Assembly: GCA_963822535.1 (NCBI GenBank)
Contig: CAWGIA010000001.1
Span: 172,797-236,796 of the forward strand
Length of the DNA: 64,000 bases
Source of the DNA: an uncultured Solirubrobacterales bacterium
GTDB taxonomy: Bacteria > Actinomycetota > Thermoleophilia > Solirubrobacterales > Solirubrobacteraceae
Direction of reading: 5' to 3'
The first letter of the stretch is position 1; every line of letters starts with the position of its first letter. The notes beneath the pieces were generated by a model. That model had not been told where the DNA came from and searched no databases. It was given only the letters and a program-made list of their open reading frames with translations. Of this stretch, positions 37,885 to 45,680 are shown in pieces. Position numbers and translations under genes: made by a program.

Positions 37885-39018
37885 TCAGGCTGTGAGGCTC
37901 CCACCAGGAGCTTCCGCGTTGCGGTTGCCGTGATGGTGCTTGGCGTGCTTGCGCTGTTCGAACCTGCGGTGTGCACGGCGCCGCTTCAGTGAAGACGCCC
38001 GAGCTACAGCCTTCTTGCTGTGCTTGACGATCTTCTTGGGAGCAGGTTTTGTCGGAGTGGGAGGCGTGGGCGGCGCGAGAGTCATCGCGTTCGCCGTAGC
38101 GTTGAACGATGAGCCGGTCACGTCATTGCCGAGCCAGAGAGAAAGCGGTGCGCTCAATGCACCTGTGTAAGCCTCCGTCTCGTCAACGTAGTTAGGGTCA
38201 CAGCAGGTCTTGGTGTTGTCCCACTGCACGGTCGGGATCCCGCTGACGTTGCTCGATGAATTCCAAGTGCTGGCGCCCGCGGTCTTGTACCAGGTCTGGA
38301 TCTGACCGGTGTTGTCGCTGGCCCAGTGCACATGCATGAGCATCTGGTTCCACTGACCCTGCACGAGGGCTCCTGGCGGGATGACATATTCCGCCGGCAG
38401 AGTTCCGGGGTTCCCGTTCGGGTTATCGGCGTTCGAATGATTGACGCATCCGGGAGCGACGGTCGTGTGGTTGTTACAGGCTCCGGTCTGCAGCGCTAGC
38501 GTGACGTGATCGGCGTGCAACTGGAATGAGATCGGGGCACCGTAGATGTTCTGGAAGTGGTATTCCTGAATCTCGACGCCGGTGAAGTAGCTGCCGGCGG
38601 TCCAGCCCCGAGGGACGTACACGCTGAGGCCGTAGTAGCCGTCAGTCCCGAGTCCGATCGGGTGTGAGCCGGTGACGACGTCACACGCCTCGAGCGGGTA
38701 TGTCGAGGTATTCGTATCGGCGGGGAGCGAGAACTCGCCTGAGCTCGCCATGCCGCTGACGTTCGGGGTCTGGGTGAAGGTTCCCCGGAGCCGTGGTGAC
38801 TGGCTGGGCGTACCGTGGTTGGCGCACTGTATGCCACCACCGCCGCTCGTCCAAGGATTCATCGTCGAAAACGTTCCGTTGAATGAGACGCCGGCAGGGA
38901 GGGGCGCGGTCGGCGTATTCGCCTGAGCGGTCCCGGCGATCACCATGCTCCCCATGACGGTCAGCAGTAGCGCCGCCCCATGCGCTTTCCGCCAAGTCCT
39001 GAGTGTTTGCTTGAGCAC
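37885..39018 (-). CDS. secreted polysaccharide-lyase-like protein (heparin-lyase-I/PF14099-like fold) with polycationic His-rich C-terminal tail
   Basis: GGAGGA lies 4 nt before the GTG start (39016-39018). Signal peptide ...AGTAQA. Blocks YYGLSVYVPRGW, EIQEYHFQNIYGAPISFQLHADHVTLALQTG and W..MLMHVHWASDNTGQIQTWY resemble the polysaccharide lyase family. Tail: KKIVKHSKKAVARASSLKRRRAHRRFEQRKHAKHHHG. Confidence 0.45.
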   Translation of the reverse strand: MLKQTLRTWRKAHGAALLLTVMGSMVIAGTAQANTPTAPLPAGVSFNGTFSTMNPWTSGGGGIQCANHGTPSQSPRLRGTFTQTPNVSGMASSGEFSLPADTNTSTYPLEACDVVTGSHPIGLGTDGYYGLSVYVPRGWTAGSYFTGVEIQEYHFQNIYGAPISFQLHADHVTLALQTGACNNHTTVAPGCVNHSNADNPNGNPGTLPAEYVIPPGALVQGQWNQMLMHVHWASDNTGQIQTWYKTAGASTWNSSSNVSGIPTVQWDNTKTCCDPNYVDETEAYTGALSAPLSLWLGNDVTGSSFNATANAMTLAPPTPPTPTKPAPKKIVKHSKKAVARASSLKRRRAHRRFEQRKHAKHHHGNRNAEAPGGSLTA

Positions 39019-39180
39019 GTCTTCCTCCGTTAGCCGGGTTATGCAGTCCGAGCCGCCGCTTGACGGCGGGTCTTCCTGCTCAAACCTGGGATCGGCGCGG
39101 CCGGCGAGGCGGCAAAACAACCCGCGAGAACTTGGACAGATGGAGGAATATGGAGCGGCCGAGGGCCCGACAACGCCAAC

Positions 39181-39206
39181 GGCGCCGCTCCTTATCGAGC
39201 GGCGCC
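39181..39206 (-). terminator. perfect 10-bp GC stem-loop downstream of lyase-like paralog 2
   Basis: ggcgccgctc-cttatc-gagcggcgcc. There is no clear U-tract. A near-identical hairpin lies at 37830-37855 downstream of paralog 1. Confidence 0.4.
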
Positions 39207-39258
39207 GGGGTTGCGATTCAGTCTTCGTACTGCTCAGACTGTGAGTTCCTACCGGCGT

Positions 39259-40404
39259 TTAGCTCTTGTGCTCGCCGTGATGGTGCCGAGCGTGCTTGGC
39301 ATGATCGCCGCGCTTGGCATGATCGCCGCGCATGCGGCGCTCGAGTCCGCGATTCTCGCGGTGCCGCTTCAGTGAAGCCGACCGAGCCACAGCCTTCGTG
39401 CTGTGCTTGACGGTCTTCCTTGGAGCCGGAGCCGACCCACCGGCCGGCGTCGGCGGCGCCAGGCTCATCGCGTTCGTCGTAGCGGTGAACGATGAGCCGG
39501 TCACGTCCTGGCCGAGCCAGAGAGACAGCGGTGCGGAAAGAGGGCCCGTGTAGGCCTCTGATGCGTCGCTGTACTTGTTGGCGCAGCAAGTCCTGGTGTT
39601 GTCCCACTGCACGGTCGGGATCCCGGTGATATTGCTGGACGAGTTCCACGTGCTGGCGCTGGCGGTCTTGTACCAGGTCTGGATCTGGCCTGTGCTGTTG
39701 CTGGCCCAATGGACGTGCATCACCATCTGGTTCCACTGACCCTGCTGAAGAGCTCCGGGCGGGATGACATACGAGGCCGGCAGATTCCCGGTGTTCCCGT
39801 TCGGATTGTCCGCGTTCGAGTGGTAGACGCATCCTGGAGCAACCGATGTGTGGTTGTTACAGGCTCCGGTCTGGAGCGCCAGCGTGACGTGGTCGGAGTG
39901 CAGCTGGAACGAGATCGGGGCACCGTAGACGTTCTGGAAGTGGTACTCCTGAATCTCGACGCCGGTAAAGAATTTGCCCGGGATCGTCCAGCCCTGAGGG
40001 ACGTAGACACTGAGACCGTAGTAGTCGTCGGTACCGAGTCCGATGGGTTGCGCGCCGGTGACGACGTCACACGCCTCGAGCGGATACTGCGAGGTGTTCG
40101 AATCGGCGGGAAGTGTGAACTGACCCGACGAGGCCATCCCGTTCACGTTCGAGGTTTGAGTGAACGTTCCTCGGAGCCGCGGTGATTGGCTGGGCGTTCC
40201 GTGGTTGGCGCACTGTATGCCGCCACCGGCACTTGTCCAGGGGTTCATGGTCGAAAATGTCCCGTTGAATGTGAGTCCTGGCGGGAGCGGGGGCGTGGCG
40301 GTACTCGCCTGAGCGGTTCCGGCGATCACCATGCTCCCCATGAGAGTCAGCAGTAGCGCCGCCCCATGCGCTTTCCGCCAAGTCCTGAGTGTATACTTGA
40401 GCAC
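39259..40404 (-). CDS. secreted polysaccharide-lyase-like protein, tandem paralog of 37885-39018
   Basis: Same architecture with long identical blocks (MNPWTS.GGGIQCANHGTPSQSPRLRGTFTQT). GGAGGA-tgac-GTG start at 40402-40404. Basic tail with an RGDHAK x2 repeat. Confidence 0.45.
   Translation of the reverse strand: MLKYTLRTWRKAHGAALLLTLMGSMVIAGTAQASTATPPLPPGLTFNGTFSTMNPWTSAGGGIQCANHGTPSQSPRLRGTFTQTSNVNGMASSGQFTLPADSNTSQYPLEACDVVTGAQPIGLGTDDYYGLSVYVPQGWTIPGKFFTGVEIQEYHFQNVYGAPISFQLHSDHVTLALQTGACNNHTSVAPGCVYHSNADNPNGNTGNLPASYVIPPGALQQGQWNQMVMHVHWASNSTGQIQTWYKTASASTWNSSSNITGIPTVQWDNTRTCCANKYSDASEAYTGPLSAPLSLWLGQDVTGSSFTATTNAMSLAPPTPAGGSAPAPRKTVKHSTKAVARSASLKRHRENRGLERRMRGDHAKRGDHAKHARHHHGEHKS
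39295..39330 (-). repeat. perfect 18-bp tandem repeat x2 (RGDHAK RGDHAK) in basic tail of lyase-like paralog 2
   Basis: cttggcatgatcgccgcg occurs at 39295-39312 and 39313-39330. Confidence 0.9.
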
Positions 40405-40642
40405 GTCATCCTCCGTTGGGTGGTATTGCAGTTCGAGCCTTTGCTTGGTGGTGACGGCTCGTCCTGTTGCAAACCTGGGATCGGCATGGCAGCGCGAGCT
40501 GCCCACCAACCAGGGAGCACCTAGACAGATGGAGGAAACACAAGGGGCGGCTTAGGGCACCCCAATTTGGCCTGATGTACCTCGGCTTGTGAGGTGCATC
40601 AGGTCGTGCTGACCGGGGCCGGGGCCCGCCGCTCTAATAACC

Positions 40643-40712
40643 GGTGGTAAACACGCTAGTAAACGGTGTTATGCACTCTGGTAAACAGTGCCACATGCTC
40701 TGGTAAACAGTG
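40643..40712 (-). promoter_or_regulatory. four GTAAAC boxes incl. two perfect 15-nt direct repeats CTCTGGTAAACAGTG; candidate operator array upstream of lyase-like paralog 2
   Basis: GTAAAC occurs at 40647, 40659, 40681 and 40703 (spacing 12, 22, 22). CTCTGGTAAACAGTG occurs at 40676-40690 and 40698-40712. The region is an AT-richer 308-nt gap between the asnB-like stop and the gene start at 40404. Confidence 0.3.
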
Positions 40713-42629
40713 TCAATTGACCGGAGGAGAGATACGGCTGGCGGCGGCGTCTCCATCTACCCATAGCCGCTGCCACAGCTCGAGCATCAGGGCGCAGAAC
40801 AGGACCTGTGCGTTCTTGCGTCCACTCTCCCCAGCATCGGAGATCAACGCCTCCAGGGTGGCTGGATCGAGCTGCCCACGGTTCCGGGTGCGCGGATCGA
40901 GCATCACATCGCGCACGAATCCATCACGGTGCGTTCGCAGCCAATCCCCGAGAGCCGCGTTGAGGAAGCCGGTCTTCTTCTTCTTCAGCACGGAGTCGTC
41001 AACCAAGCCTCGGGCAGCCCGACGGAGGACCTCCTTGCGCCGGAGCAGCCAGACGCGCCGGCTGTTGGGCAAGGCGAGGGAGAAGCTGACCAGACGGTGG
41101 TCGACGAACGGCACGCGCACCTCGAGCGATGCCGACATCGACATCTTGTCGAAGTACAGGAACAGCTGATCCACAAGCGCCATCCGACGATCCAGCTCGA
41201 GCGTCTGATCGAGGATCGAAACCCCCTCGGGTAGCGCGTACTGAGTTACGGCCTCGAGCGCGGCGGCCTCTCCCACCGAGGAGCGGAAGCTATCCGTGAA
41301 CAACGCTGTGCGCATTTCGGGCCCCGTCACGCGGCTCATGGCCAGCAGACGTTCACCCGGGCTGTGGGCCGACAGGGCCGTCAGGCCTCGACTCAGCGTC
41401 GATCCGGCCGATGCGCGCGTTGCCAGGCCTGCGGCCAGCGGCACCCCACCGGGGATGCGGGCCACGAGATCCGCGCCGGCGGCGATCTGGTGCTTGCGGT
41501 AGCCACCGAAGAGCTCATCCGCCCCCTGCCCCGAAAGCGCCACCGTCACCTCGCGCCGAGCCAGCTGGCAGATGAGCTGAAAGCCGAGCGAGGACAGATC
41601 GGCGATCGGCTCCTCGATGTTCCAGAGCATGTCCTGGAGCGCCGCGGGATCGTCACGGAGTTCGATCTCGAGCTCGTGATGATCGGCTCCCAGCCGCTCG
41701 GCCACGCGGCGGGCGTCGGCCAGCTCATTGCTGGCGGGCAGCCCGGAGAACCCGATCGAGAAGGTCTTGATCGGCTGAGGGCTGGCCTCGGCCATGAGGG
41801 CCCCGATCAGCGAGGAGTCGACGCCACCGCTCAGCATCAGCCCCAGGGGCACATCGCTCACCATGTGCTCGCGAACTGAACGCCTCAAGATCGCCAAAAG
41901 CTCCTCGGTGTCGTCCTCCCAACTGGCCCTCGCACGCCGCTCCGGGATCTCGTCCCGCGGGTTCCAGTAGCTCTCCTCGCCCGTGATGCGCCCGTCCTCA
42001 TAGACCAGGATGCTGGCGGCCATCAGCTTCCTCACACCCGCGAACAGCGTGCGCGGACCGGGGACGTAGCCGTAGGCCATGAACAGCTCGGCTCCGACGG
42101 GATCCAGGCTGGGGGTGACGAGCCCTGCGGCCACGAGCGCCTTGACCTCGGAGGCAAAGGCCAGGCCGTCCGCCAGCTCAGCGACATACAGCGGCTTGAT
42201 CCCCAGGCGATCGCGAGCCAGCACCAGCCGGCGGCGGGCGCGATCCCACACGGCGATCGCGTACATCCCGGCGAGGTGACGTGGGAAGGCGATCCCGTGC
42301 TCCTCATACAGGTGCACGATCACCTCGGTGTCACAACGCGAGCTCAGGCGATGAGTGGATCCCAGCTCGGCCAGCAGCGAGCGGAAGTTGTAGATCTCGC
42401 CGTTCTGGATCGCATCGACCGTCTCGTCCTCGTTGGTGCTCGGCTGCCGTCCGCCTTCGACATCGATGATCGACAGCCGGCGCATGCCCAGGGCGATCCC
42501 GGGCTCCAGGAGCTCACCGCGGTCGTCCGGACCGCGGTGGCGCATGGCGTCGGTCATCGTCCGCAGGCGCTCAGGACTGAGCGGAACCTGCCTTGGGTCG
42601 CGTGCCACGACCCCGCAAATTCCGCACAC
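40713..42629 (-). CDS. asparagine synthase (glutamine-hydrolysing) family amidotransferase
   Basis: N-terminal nucleophile MCGICGV and the PP-loop SGGVDSS, 638 aa. Last gene of the GNAT-ACAD-A-CP operon. Confidence 0.85.
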   Translation of the reverse strand: MCGICGVVARDPRQVPLSPERLRTMTDAMRHRGPDDRGELLEPGIALGMRRLSIIDVEGGRQPSTNEDETVDAIQNGEIYNFRSLLAELGSTHRLSSRCDTEVIVHLYEEHGIAFPRHLAGMYAIAVWDRARRRLVLARDRLGIKPLYVAELADGLAFASEVKALVAAGLVTPSLDPVGAELFMAYGYVPGPRTLFAGVRKLMAASILVYEDGRITGEESYWNPRDEIPERRARASWEDDTEELLAILRRSVREHMVSDVPLGLMLSGGVDSSLIGALMAEASPQPIKTFSIGFSGLPASNELADARRVAERLGADHHELEIELRDDPAALQDMLWNIEEPIADLSSLGFQLICQLARREVTVALSGQGADELFGGYRKHQIAAGADLVARIPGGVPLAAGLATRASAGSTLSRGLTALSAHSPGERLLAMSRVTGPEMRTALFTDSFRSSVGEAAALEAVTQYALPEGVSILDQTLELDRRMALVDQLFLYFDKMSMSASLEVRVPFVDHRLVSFSLALPNSRRVWLLRRKEVLRRAARGLVDDSVLKKKKTGFLNAALGDWLRTHRDGFVRDVMLDPRTRNRGQLDPATLEALISDAGESGRKNAQVLFCALMLELWQRLWVDGDAAASRISPPVN

Positions 42630-42638
42630 CTCGCCCTC

Positions 42639-42887
42639 TCAGCCGGCGAGCTTGGTCTCGACCAGGGCCCTGATGTGCTCGATCGTGCCGAAGTTGGCGG
42701 GGACGACGTCTGCGTCATCGATGTCCACGCCGAACTCCTCCTCGAGCCAGGCCACCAGGCGCAACAGGGCCATCGAGTCGATGACGCGCTTCTCGATCAG
42801 CGGATAGTCGTCAGTGAGCTCCTCCGGCGGGCCCTGCCAGCGCGCCTCCTCGATCAGGAAGCTTCGAATGCGCTGCGCATCTACCAC
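42639..42887 (-). CDS. acyl/peptidyl carrier protein
   Basis: 82 aa with the phosphopantetheine-attachment motif VIDSMALLRLV. GGAAGGGG lies upstream of the GTG start. Confidence 0.7.
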   Translation of the reverse strand: MVDAQRIRSFLIEEARWQGPPEELTDDYPLIEKRVIDSMALLRLVAWLEEEFGVDIDDADVVPANFGTIEHIRALVETKLAG

Positions 42888-42906
42888 TGGGTAACCCCTT
42901 CCGCCA

Positions 42907-44502
42907 CTAGCCTTGCAATGCCCGCCGGTCGACCTTGCCGGTCGTCAATTTCGGAAGCTCCGGGCGGAACTCGATCTCGTCCGGGATCATATAAGGCGGC
43001 AGCCGCTCACGCAGGCTCTGGATGATCTCGGGATCGGACACGGGTTGGCTCACGGCCACGTAGGCGCGGAGCCGATTGGTCACGTTCTCGTCCGGAACGG
43101 CGATGACCGCCGCCTCGACGATCACGTCGAGCGCGTGCAGGGCGGCTTCGATGTCGCCCAGCTCCACCCGGTAGCCGCGGGTCTTGATTTGGGCATCGCG
43201 GCGGCCGACGAAGATGAGCTCCCCTCCCGGCTCCCGGCGGACCAGATCTCCGGTCCGGTACAGGCGCTCCGTCCCGGATCGGCTGAGCACACGATCGGTC
43301 CGCTCAGGATCACCCCAGTAGCCGTGCATGACCGTGGGGCCGGAGATCAGAAGCTCACCCACCTCTCCGTCAGGCGCCTCGCCGCCCTCCTGAGTCTCGA
43401 TCCGCGCCGTCACGCCGCCGATTGGCCATCCGATCGGGAGCGGGTCCGGGGGCGGTGCGCCGGCCGGCACCTCGTACCAGGTACACACGTTGGTCTCCGT
43501 GGGGCCAAAGAAGTTCAGGTACCGAGCCTCGGGGAGAAGCTCCATCAGGCGCGCCAGGTGCTTGGTGGGAAACACCTCACCGGCGAACACGATCGCCCTC
43601 AGTGCGGGAAGGGAGCGCTGGCCGAGGGCTCCGTGCAGCACGAGCAAGGTCAGGGCCGAGGGAACCGAGTACCAGACGGTGATCGCCTCGGCTTCGATGA
43701 ACGCCGTCAGCTCCACCGGGAACACGGCCGCCGACCGGGGGACGAGCACGACGGCGGCGCCGGCCCAGGCGGCGGCGAACAGGTCGAACACCGATAGGTC
43801 GAAGTGAAACGGAGCGTGGCTCGACAGCCGGTCCTCGGCACCGATGCCAACCTCCTGAGCGGCCCACTCCACAAACGCCAAGGCGTTGCGGTGAGACAGG
43901 GTCACTCCCTTCGGCTCGCCGGTCGAGCCCGACGTGTACAGGATGTAGGCGATGTCATCCGGCCCGATGCCGGCCACGGATGGCGGCTCGGCGGAGCCCG
44001 ACATTTCCGGCCACGCGAGCACCGTCGGCCCGGCCGATTCGAGCTCCGGAAGCGAGGCGCCATTCGGAAGCGAGGCGCCGTTCGGAAGCGAGGCGCCGTT
44101 CGGAAGCGAAGCGCCGATCACGAGCTCGAGGTCCGTCCCGGCCTCGAGCAGGCGCTGCGCATCCTGGGTGCTCACTTCCGACGTGATCAGGCAGCGCATC
44201 CCGGCGTTGGCCACGATGTAGGCCAGCCGAGCCGCGGGCGCCTGGCTGTCCAGTGGGACGTAACCGGCTCCAGCCTTGAGCACGCCGTAGATCGCGACCA
44301 CCGCCTCGATCGACTTTTCGAGCAGGAGGCCGACGCGATCCCCGGGGCGGACCCCGTGGTCGATCAGGGTATGCGCCAGCCGATTCGCCGCTGACTCGAG
44401 CTCGCCGTAACTGAGGCGCCGATCACCGTCGACGACGGCCGTGCGCTCCGGATCGTCAGCCGCCGCGCGCTCCAGCAACCCGTGGATCAGCGTGGCGCTC
44501 AC
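42907..44502 (-). CDS. stand-alone adenylation enzyme (DltA/PltF-like amino acid--carrier protein ligase)
   Basis: Core motifs LKAGAGYVPLD, YILYTSGSTGEPKGV, FHFDLSVFD, FFGPTE, YRTGD and TGKVDR. The GTG start overlaps the ACAD stop (GTGA). The ORF is open to 44664. Confidence 0.85.
   Translation of the reverse strand: MSATLIHGLLERAAADDPERTAVVDGDRRLSYGELESAANRLAHTLIDHGVRPGDRVGLLLEKSIEAVVAIYGVLKAGAGYVPLDSQAPAARLAYIVANAGMRCLITSEVSTQDAQRLLEAGTDLELVIGASLPNGASLPNGASLPNGASLPELESAGPTVLAWPEMSGSAEPPSVAGIGPDDIAYILYTSGSTGEPKGVTLSHRNALAFVEWAAQEVGIGAEDRLSSHAPFHFDLSVFDLFAAAWAGAAVVLVPRSAAVFPVELTAFIEAEAITVWYSVPSALTLLVLHGALGQRSLPALRAIVFAGEVFPTKHLARLMELLPEARYLNFFGPTETNVCTWYEVPAGAPPPDPLPIGWPIGGVTARIETQEGGEAPDGEVGELLISGPTVMHGYWGDPERTDRVLSRSGTERLYRTGDLVRREPGGELIFVGRRDAQIKTRGYRVELGDIEAALHALDVIVEAAVIAVPDENVTNRLRAYVAVSQPVSDPEIIQSLRERLPPYMIPDEIEFRPELPKLTTGKVDRRALQG
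44047..44118 (-). repeat. 18-bp in-frame tandem repeat x4 ((GASLPN)3 GASLPE) inside the stand-alone adenylation enzyme
   Basis: Four consecutive units cggaagcgaggcgcc(a/g)tt; the last is slightly diverged. Confidence 0.9.
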
Positions 44503-45680
44503 AGGCCGAGATGTCGAGCGATCACGTTGCGCTGCATCTCCGATGTTCCGGAGTAGAGCTGTCCGCCCAGGGCGTCTCGGACGTCGCGCTCGAGGCCTGT
44601 CTCGGTGATGTAGCCGTAACCGCCATGGATCTGAACGGCATCGAGACTCGAGTGCACGAGGCACTCGCTGAGGTGCAGCTTGGTCATCGAGGCATCCAGA
44701 TCTGTGGCCGCGCCCTGGTCAAGCAGGCCGGCGATTCGGTACAGCATCAGGTGTGCGGTCTCGAGGCGGAGCTTCATATCGGCGATCTTGTGTGACACGG
44801 CCTGGAAGTTGCCGATTGGCTGGCCGAACTGAACCCGCTCCCGCGCGTAGTGAACGCAGCGCTCGAGCTGCCGGCGCATCGTGCCCACGGCAGCGCCCAG
44901 GATCAGGCTCCGCTCCCAGCGCATCGATGTATTGAAGATGGCCATGCCCGCCCCCTCGCTCCCCAGCAGCGCATCGGCCGGGATCGCGCAGTCAGCAAAG
45001 GACAACTCGCTCAGATGCGAGGTACGCAGGCCCATCTTCGAGTATTGCTGTCCCACGGTGAGACCGGGCGCGTCCCGCGTGATGAGAAACGCCGACAGCC
45101 CGGCGAAACCAAGGCTGCGATCGGTGGTGGCGAAGACGACAAACAGGTCACTCTCGGGCGCGTTGGTCACGAACGCCTTCGAGCCGTTGAGGATCCAGCC
45201 GCCGTCGCTGCGTACCGCCGTGCTGGTCAGGCTGAACGCGTCCGAGCCCGACGCCGGCTCGGTCATACCGTGAGCGGCGATCAGAGAACCGTCACACAGT
45301 GCGGGGAGATAGCGCTGCTTCTGCTCCTCGGTACCGAAATGGATCAGGGGGAGCTCGCAGGCCCACATCTGGGCGTTGAGCGAGAAGATCAGGCCGTTGT
45401 CGGCGCAGCCGTAGCCCAGGCCCTCGAGCGCGGCGGCAATCGTGGTGGCGCTGGCCCCGATACCGCCGTACTCCACCGGCACCGGGAGACCCATCAGATC
45501 CATCCGTGCGCACTTGACCCAGGCCTCGCGGGAGAACATTGCGTCCCGGTCACGCTCGTCCAACCCGCGGTTGAGCTCGCCCTGAGCGAACGCGGTCACC
45601 GCCGCGCGCAGCGATCGCTGCTCGTCGTCCAGTGGGTCCGGGCGCGGCGGGATGGCGCCGTCGCCGAACGGCCGTCTCAT
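44499..45680 (-). CDS. acyl-CoA dehydrogenase family flavoprotein
   Basis: ACAD N, middle and C-terminal domain pattern (HGMTEPASGSD, the QFGQPIGNFQAV region and the catalytic-base region IHGGYGY). The ATG overlaps the stop of the upstream GNAT-like gene (ATGA). Confidence 0.85.
   Translation of the reverse strand: MRRPFGDGAIPPRPDPLDDEQRSLRAAVTAFAQGELNRGLDERDRDAMFSREAWVKCARMDLMGLPVPVEYGGIGASATTIAAALEGLGYGCADNGLIFSLNAQMWACELPLIHFGTEEQKQRYLPALCDGSLIAAHGMTEPASGSDAFSLTSTAVRSDGGWILNGSKAFVTNAPESDLFVVFATTDRSLGFAGLSAFLITRDAPGLTVGQQYSKMGLRTSHLSELSFADCAIPADALLGSEGAGMAIFNTSMRWERSLILGAAVGTMRRQLERCVHYARERVQFGQPIGNFQAVSHKIADMKLRLETAHLMLYRIAGLLDQGAATDLDASMTKLHLSECLVHSSLDAVQIHGGYGYITETGLERDVRDALGGQLYSGTSEMQRNVIARHLGL

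Larger units (their letters stand above)
37822..40560 (-). repeat. head-to-tail tandem duplication (about 1.35 kb unit x2) carrying the lyase-like gene, its leader and its 3' hairpin
   Basis: The two units share the 3' flank aacgccaacggcgccgctc (37821-37839 / 39171-39189), the 5' leader gacagatggaggaa (39135-39148 / 40524-40537) and caaacctgggatcggc, and have alignable coding regions. Confidence 0.8.
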
